Origin: the human T2T-CHM13v2.0 reference genome, Homo sapiens
NCBI RefSeq assembly: GCF_009914755.1
Contig: NC_060932.1
Length of the DNA stretch: 64,000 bases
Strand: one strand, 5' to 3'
In this document: positions 53,313 to 64,000 of the stretch, piece after piece
How the letters are laid out: the number at the start of each line of letters is the position of its first letter
Position numbering within the stretch: the stretch's first letter is position 1
Notes under the pieces: generated by a model
What the model was told of the DNA's origin: nothing
Database searches by the model: none
Seen by the model: only the letters and a program-made list of their open reading frames with translations
Program-made: the position numbers and the translations under genes

Positions 53313-54308
53313 ACGGGGAAAAAACAGCAGGAAAGCTGAAAATTCTAAAAATCAGAGCATCTCTCCCCCTCCAAAGGAATGCAGCTCCTCACCAGCAAAG
53401 AAACAAAGCTGGATGGAGAATGACTTTGACGAGTTGAGAGAAGAAGGCTTCAGATGATTAAACTTCTCCGAGCTAAAGGAGGAAGTTCGGAGAAACTAAA
53501 AACCTTGAAAAAACATTAAATGAATGGCTAACTAGAATAGCCACTGTAGAGAAGTCCTTAAATGACCTGATGGAGCTGAAAACCATGGCACGAGAACTAC
53601 ATGACAAATGCACAAGCTTCAGCAGCCAATTCGATCAACTGGAAGAAAGGGTATCAGTGATTGAAGATCAAATGAATGAAGTGAGAAGAGAAGTTTAGAG
53701 AAAAAAGTAAAAAGAAATGAACAAAGCCTCCAAGAAATATGGGACTATGTGAAAAGACCAAATCTATTTCTGATTGGTGTACCTGAAAGTGATGGGGAGA
53801 AGGGAACCAAGTTGGAAAACACTCTGCAGGATATTATCCAGGAGAACTTCCCCAACCTAGCAAGGCAGGCCAACATTCAAATTCAGGAAATACAGAGAAC
53901 ACCACAAAGATACTCCTCGAGAAGAGCAACTCCAAGGCACATAATTGTCAGATTCACCAAAGTTGAAATGAAGGAAAAAATGTTAAGGGCAGCCAGAGAG
54001 AAAGGTCGGGTTACCCAAAAAGGGAAGCCCATCAGACTAACAGCAGATGTGTCGGCAGAAACTCTACAAGTCAGTAGAGAGTGGGGGCCATATTCAACAT
54101 TCTTAAAGAAAAGAATTTTCAACCCAGAATTTCATATCCAGCCAAACTAAGCTCCATAAGTGAAGGACAAATAAAATCCTTTACAGACAAGCAAATGCTG
54201 AGAGATTTTGTCACCACCAGGCCTGCCCTACAAGAGTTCCTGAAGGAAGCACTGAACATGGAAAGCAACAACTGGTACCAGCCACTGCAAAAACATGCCA
54301 AATTGTAA
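53313..54308 (+). pseudogene. ORF1: L1 ORF1 (RNA-binding/chaperone protein), disrupted
   Basis: Fragments KRPNL..IGVPE..ENFPNLARQANIQIQEIQRTPQRYSSRRATPRHIIVRF and ..YQPLQKHAKL; start codon appears as ACG; stops and frameshifts. Confidence 0.95.
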
Positions 54309-54371
54309 AGACCATCAAGGCTAGGAAGAAACTGCATCAACTAATGAGCAAAATAACCAGCTAACATCGTA

Positions 54372-58164
<3,793 letters not shown>

Positions 58165-58699
58165 ACAATGAGAACACTTGTACACAGGGTGGGGAGCATC
58201 ACACACTGGGGCCTGTCAGGGTTGGGGGCGGGGGGATAGCATTAGGAGAAATGCCTAATGTAAATGACGAGTTAATGGGTGCAGCAAACCAACATGGCAC
58301 ATGTATACCTATGTATCAAACCTGCACGTTGTGCACATGTACCCTAGAACTTAAAGTATAATAAAAAAAATACAGTGAATACATTAAAAAAAAAAAAAAA
58401 AGACAGGGGGTCATGTTCCCTCCAGGGACTCTAGGGAAAAATCAGTTACTCCACTTTTCCAGTTCCTGCTGGCTGCTACGTTCCTTGACTGAAGGCCACA
58501 TCACTCCAATCTCTGCTTTTGTAGTCACATCACCTCTTCCTCTTTTCCCTCTGTCTCTTTCTTATAAGGATACTTGTGATTGATTGGATTTCAAGCCTAT
58601 CTAGCTAATCCAGAACAATCTCATTTTAAAATCCTCAATCACATCAGCAAAAACCCTTTTCTCAAGTAGGATAACATTTGCAGGTTTCACTATTTAGTC

Positions 58700-59058
58700 T
58701 TTTCCAGGTATGTATTCAAAAATATGCACACATATGCACGTCAGAAGACATGCTGAAGAAGGTACAGAGCACATATTCATAATAAACACAAACTTGGTAT
58801 ATATTGGTGTATACTCAAAATATCCATCAGGAGTATTAGATAAACAAAGTATATTCATATAGTAGAATATCATGAAGCAATGAAAAGAAACATATCTCAA
58901 CTACGTGTAGTATCGTGGCTGAATATCACACACATAAGTTTGAGTGAAAGAAGCAAGATAAAAATACGTATTGTAGGATTCCATTTTATAAAGTTCAAAA
59001 ACAGGGAAAATGAAGCTAGAATATTTAGGAATGATTATACACTGAAGTTTTAAGAGTA
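58700..59058 (+). mobile_element. Old L1M (ME/MC-like) fragment, resuming after ~59820
   Basis: TTGAGTGAAAGAAGCAAGA...GATTCCATTTTATAAAGTTCAAAAACAGG. Confidence 0.7.
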
Positions 59059-59817
<759 letters not shown>

Positions 59818-60321
59818 GAATATAAAACAAATAAGTGATTATCAAAAAAGTTGGAATAATGGCTACCTTTAGTGGGAATGGTGTGAGATGTAACTAGGAA
59901 AACGTAGAGAGAATTCTGGGGGTTACAATTTTGTTTTTCTTGACGTGGCTAAGAGGTATCAATAATGTTGTTAAACTTCCTACTTATCCTCACGTTCTTT
60001 ATTCCTTCTTTTTCCATTTTTTAGTATAAAGTTTTAAGTTATTTTCCAAGGGGCTCTGAGACTTCTTGTGGAGTGACCTGTCCATTGAGGTTTGCAGCTT
60101 GCACAGTAAGTCAGAAGCAGAGTAGGTTTGTGGTGTCAGTGAGCAGAAGAGGAGGGGTTTGGCTGTGTGTATCATGGAGATTCAGATATGCAAGAGCCTA
60201 TCAGAAATGTATTTCTTCTCCAGGGAGAAAACTCATCCTTATAGAAAAACGGCCATGCCTGCAAGCTTGGTCCAGGAAGGAAAACTCTAATTAAATCCTT
60301 GAATTTGTCATTCAGCTCTGT

Positions 60322-60661
<340 letters not shown>

Positions 60662-60796
60662 AGCTCTGTCCTCTTTCTAATATCCACCTTCTATATATTT
60701 CTGAAGCTCTGGACGTATTGAGAGAGGGGAAAGTAGAAAATGAATTATCTTACTAAAATGTCCTGTAAGGCTTTTTTTGCAGGAAGGATCTTTGAG

Positions 60797-60898
60797 GTGT
60801 GTGTGTATATATATACACACACACACACACACGCACACACACATTATATATCTACACATACATCTATACATATATATACATGCACATATATATGTATA
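60797..60898 (+). repeat. Compound (GT)n(AT)n(AC)n / TA-rich microsatellite
   Basis: Directly visible; abuts an Alu tail. Confidence 0.9.
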
Positions 60899-60899
60899 A

Positions 60900-61190
60900 T
60901 TTTTTTTTTGAGATGGAGTCTCACACTGTCACTCAGACTGTTGTGCATTGGCACTATCTTGGCTCACTGCAACCCCCTCCTCCCAGGTTGAAGCAATTCT
61001 CGTGCCTCAGCCTCCCAAGTAGCTAGGATTATAGGCGCCTGCCACCATGTCCAGCTAATTTTTTGTATTTTTAGTAGAGACAGAGTTTCACTATGTTGGC
61101 CAGGCTGGTCTTGAACTCCTGACCTCGTGATCTGCCCACCTCGGCCTCCCAAAGTGCAGGGATTACAGGCGTGAGCCACCGTGCCTGGCC
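60900..61190 (-). mobile_element. Alu (AluSg-like)
   Basis: Reverse Alu with CCTGACCTCGTGATC. Confidence 0.95.
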
Positions 61191-61754
61191 AACATATTTT
61201 TAATAGTCAGGAATTTTTTAAAAAGCAGAAAGCATTCTAATTTTGAAAAACACTGAATGGCTTTAGAGACCTGAGGGCTCTGTATCTGGGGAGAGGCAAC
61301 AGCGCTTCACAGACAGTAGACATGGTAATTGACCGAAGTTGCTTACAAAGTTGTAGGAGCTCCTGAGAGAGATGTAGGAGGCAGTGGACTGACTAAGCAG
61401 TAAGCAGAAGCTTTATATCATTGGCTGCAGGTAAGAGGCAGAAGCCAAGGGATATGCCAGAAATTGCCCCTGTGAGTGGAGGCTTTTGGGATTCCAGGTC
61501 TTTATTCTCACTAGAACTTGCCAAGAATCATTCCTCAGCTTGCTCATTAGAGTTGAAGGCAACAGGAAGTTGAGGGAAAAGATGAGGTGAGAAACCATTG
61601 TTCTTAGTTTCACTGGGAGTATCAAAGAGGGTTTAAAATGTCTTACCTTTGGGAGCATGTTCTCTATCTTCCTCTATAGAATGAGCGTTCCTCTATAAAG
61701 CGAGCACGGTAACACCTAGAGCATCGAAGAATGGAATGATCAGCAGAAAGGAAG

Positions 61755-61975
61755 TGGACATGCACCAAGTTCCTGCTCTGTACTAAACACTTTATATTAT
61801 CTCATTTAATTTTCATGAGACTAGGAAGTAGTTTACATTGTTTTCATTTTACAGTTGAGAATATCAGCCAACTTCATTTTATCAAGAAGAAACATCACCA
61901 GATTCATAAAACTTGAAATTGGTGGAGCTGGGACTTGCAACCAGAGCTCTGTGGCTCCAGAGATCACAGTCTTCC
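61755..61975 (-). mobile_element. MIR
   Basis: TTATCTCATTTAATTTTCA...CATTTTACAGTTGAGAA...GGTGGAGCTGGGACTTG. Confidence 0.7.
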
Positions 61976-62742
61976 CGCTACTAGCCCTGCTGAGATAATG
62001 TTTGTCAAACAGCCCAGTTAGAACAATGAGATGTCCTAGAAACTGAGACTGCATTCTTACTTATGTAATTAAATGAAGCCAACATTGAACTGTAAAATAA
62101 GCGTAAGGAAGCCCAGCAAAAATCTAATGAGTATTTTAATAATTTTCTAAAATGCCAGATGTCCGGTTCTTCACCAACAAATGATTTTGGGGACCCTTCC
62201 TTTACTGTTGCTCTGGATATATTCTCAATCTGCTCAGACAGTCCAGTATTGGATATAACAGCAAGTGTAAGATACAACATCGCAAAAGTGAGGCATAATT
62301 ACTATTTTATAACAATTATACAATAAATAATTACTTATTACAGCATTATTTGTATTCGAAAAACTTAGTTGATAAGACCAAGTAACACAGAGATGGGATT
62401 GAGAGGTAACCACATGTACATGAGATAAGGAGATCCCAGACTGGTATTCCATTGTAGTACCTAGAATCCAGGGGATTCTGAGATACTTTTGGTTGCACTA
62501 TTCTTCATTTCCTTGTAGAAGCTTCCCTTTCCCACTCCACTGCTGCCCAGCAACCAACACTCTATAAATATCCAGTTGACAGTTTGCTCCCAGAACATAT
62601 TCTCAGATCACTTTGAAAATGCGAACATTACAAAACTGAAAACTAGAATTCATAACCAGCCTATTTCCATAATATAAAAGGTAGTACGACATAAGGAAAA
62701 GAGCATATATAGACTAAATATATTAAATTCCTTTTCTGTTTT

Positions 62743-63103
62743 TGGTATGATTTGGCTGTGTCCCTACCCAATCTCATCTTGAATTGTAGCTCCCATAATC
62801 CCCATGTTTTGTGGGAGGGACCTGTTGGGAGGTAATTGAATCATGGGGGTGGGTCTTTCCTGTGCTGTTCTCTTGATGGTGAATAAGTCTCACAAGATCT
62901 GATTGTTTTATAAAGGGGAGTTCCCCTCCACAAGCTCTCTTGCCTGCTGCCATGTAAGATGTGCCTTTGCTCCTTCTTCACCTTCCACCATCATTGTGTG
63001 GCCTCCCCAGCCATGTGGAACTGTGAGTGCATTAAGCCTCCTTTTCTTTATAAATTGCCCAGTCTCAGGTATTTTTTCATAGCAGTATGAAAGTGGACTT
63101 ACA
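62743..63103 (+). mobile_element. THE1B/C-like MaLR solo LTR
   Basis: TGGTATGATTTGGCTGTGTCCCTACCCAATCTCATCTTGAATTGTAGCTCCCATAATCCCC...; TSD GTTTT/GTTTT. Confidence 0.93.
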
Positions 63104-63796
63104 GTTTTTAAAATCAGCAGTTTAAAAAAATCTGTATAAATTCTTTCTTCCTAATTTTCATGTGAAAATGTCCCTCCCCCAACTTCTCTAGTAGAACATT
63201 CAATTAATTTATTTTCATCATTTCAAAACTACAAAAATGATTATTTAAAGCTAAGAATTTAAAATTTCAACACAATTTGGCCACATCACATAAATTTGAT
63301 ATCAAAGATTTGCTTTGTTATTCACTCTAATTCACATTTTGTTTTTTCTTTGATCTGAGAGATATTTAGGAGTTCTTAGTTTTTAATGATGAGTGATTTG
63401 GGATTTTTAAATATGAACTTTAAAAATTATTTTATAGAATGGTATCATTACTGGAGAATATCACCTGTAGTAGTTGTTTGTTGAATTTTTTTTCCATTAT
63501 ATGATAAAATTTTATAGTGTTACATAAGCACTGCTAAAGATGTTTTACATTAATAGGAAGAATTTGGTATTGATACATAGGAATTCCATTTTTTGCCTTG
63601 ACATTTTCTTAGTCTAACATTAAAGCTATGACTACTGCTTAAGATTTTTTCTTCAATATGTTATTTTTCCCTTAATTTTTCTTGTTTCATTTAGTCTTGT
63701 TTAGTTTTGTCTTAGTGATGTCTTTATAATATTCCATATAACGTACTTTACTGCTCAGGCCAATCCACACGTCTCTGACTGAATTGAGGAGATTAG

Positions 63797-64000
<204 letters not shown>

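Overview
Primate (human-like) non-coding genomic DNA, intergenic or deep-intronic. No host protein-coding exon, RNA gene or CpG island could be recognised. Almost all entries in the ORF track are chance ORFs or translations of Alu/L1/L2/LTR sequence. A large part of the window is interspersed repeats: about 16 Alu/FLAM copies, one full-length but ORF-disrupted L1PA5/6-like element (52285-58401) nested in an MLT1 LTR, several truncated L1s, MaLR/ERVL solo LTRs (THE1, MSTA, MLT1, MLT2), L2, MIR and hAT MERs. Subfamily calls are from recalled consensus features and have not been verified by a search. Most notable observations: (1) a ~1.1 kb non-Alu imperfect palindrome (30391-31523) formed by a local inverted duplication of an L2+MIR-containing segment; (2) an uninterrupted antisense L1 ORF0 frame (161 aa, strong Kozak) that runs out of the L1 5' end into flanking DNA while ORF1 and ORF2 are broken; (3) several small template-switch or palindrome footprints; (4) nuclear-receptor element clusters (a perfect DR5 and a DR0/DR4/ERRE composite). 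I found no evidence of a new multi-gene system.
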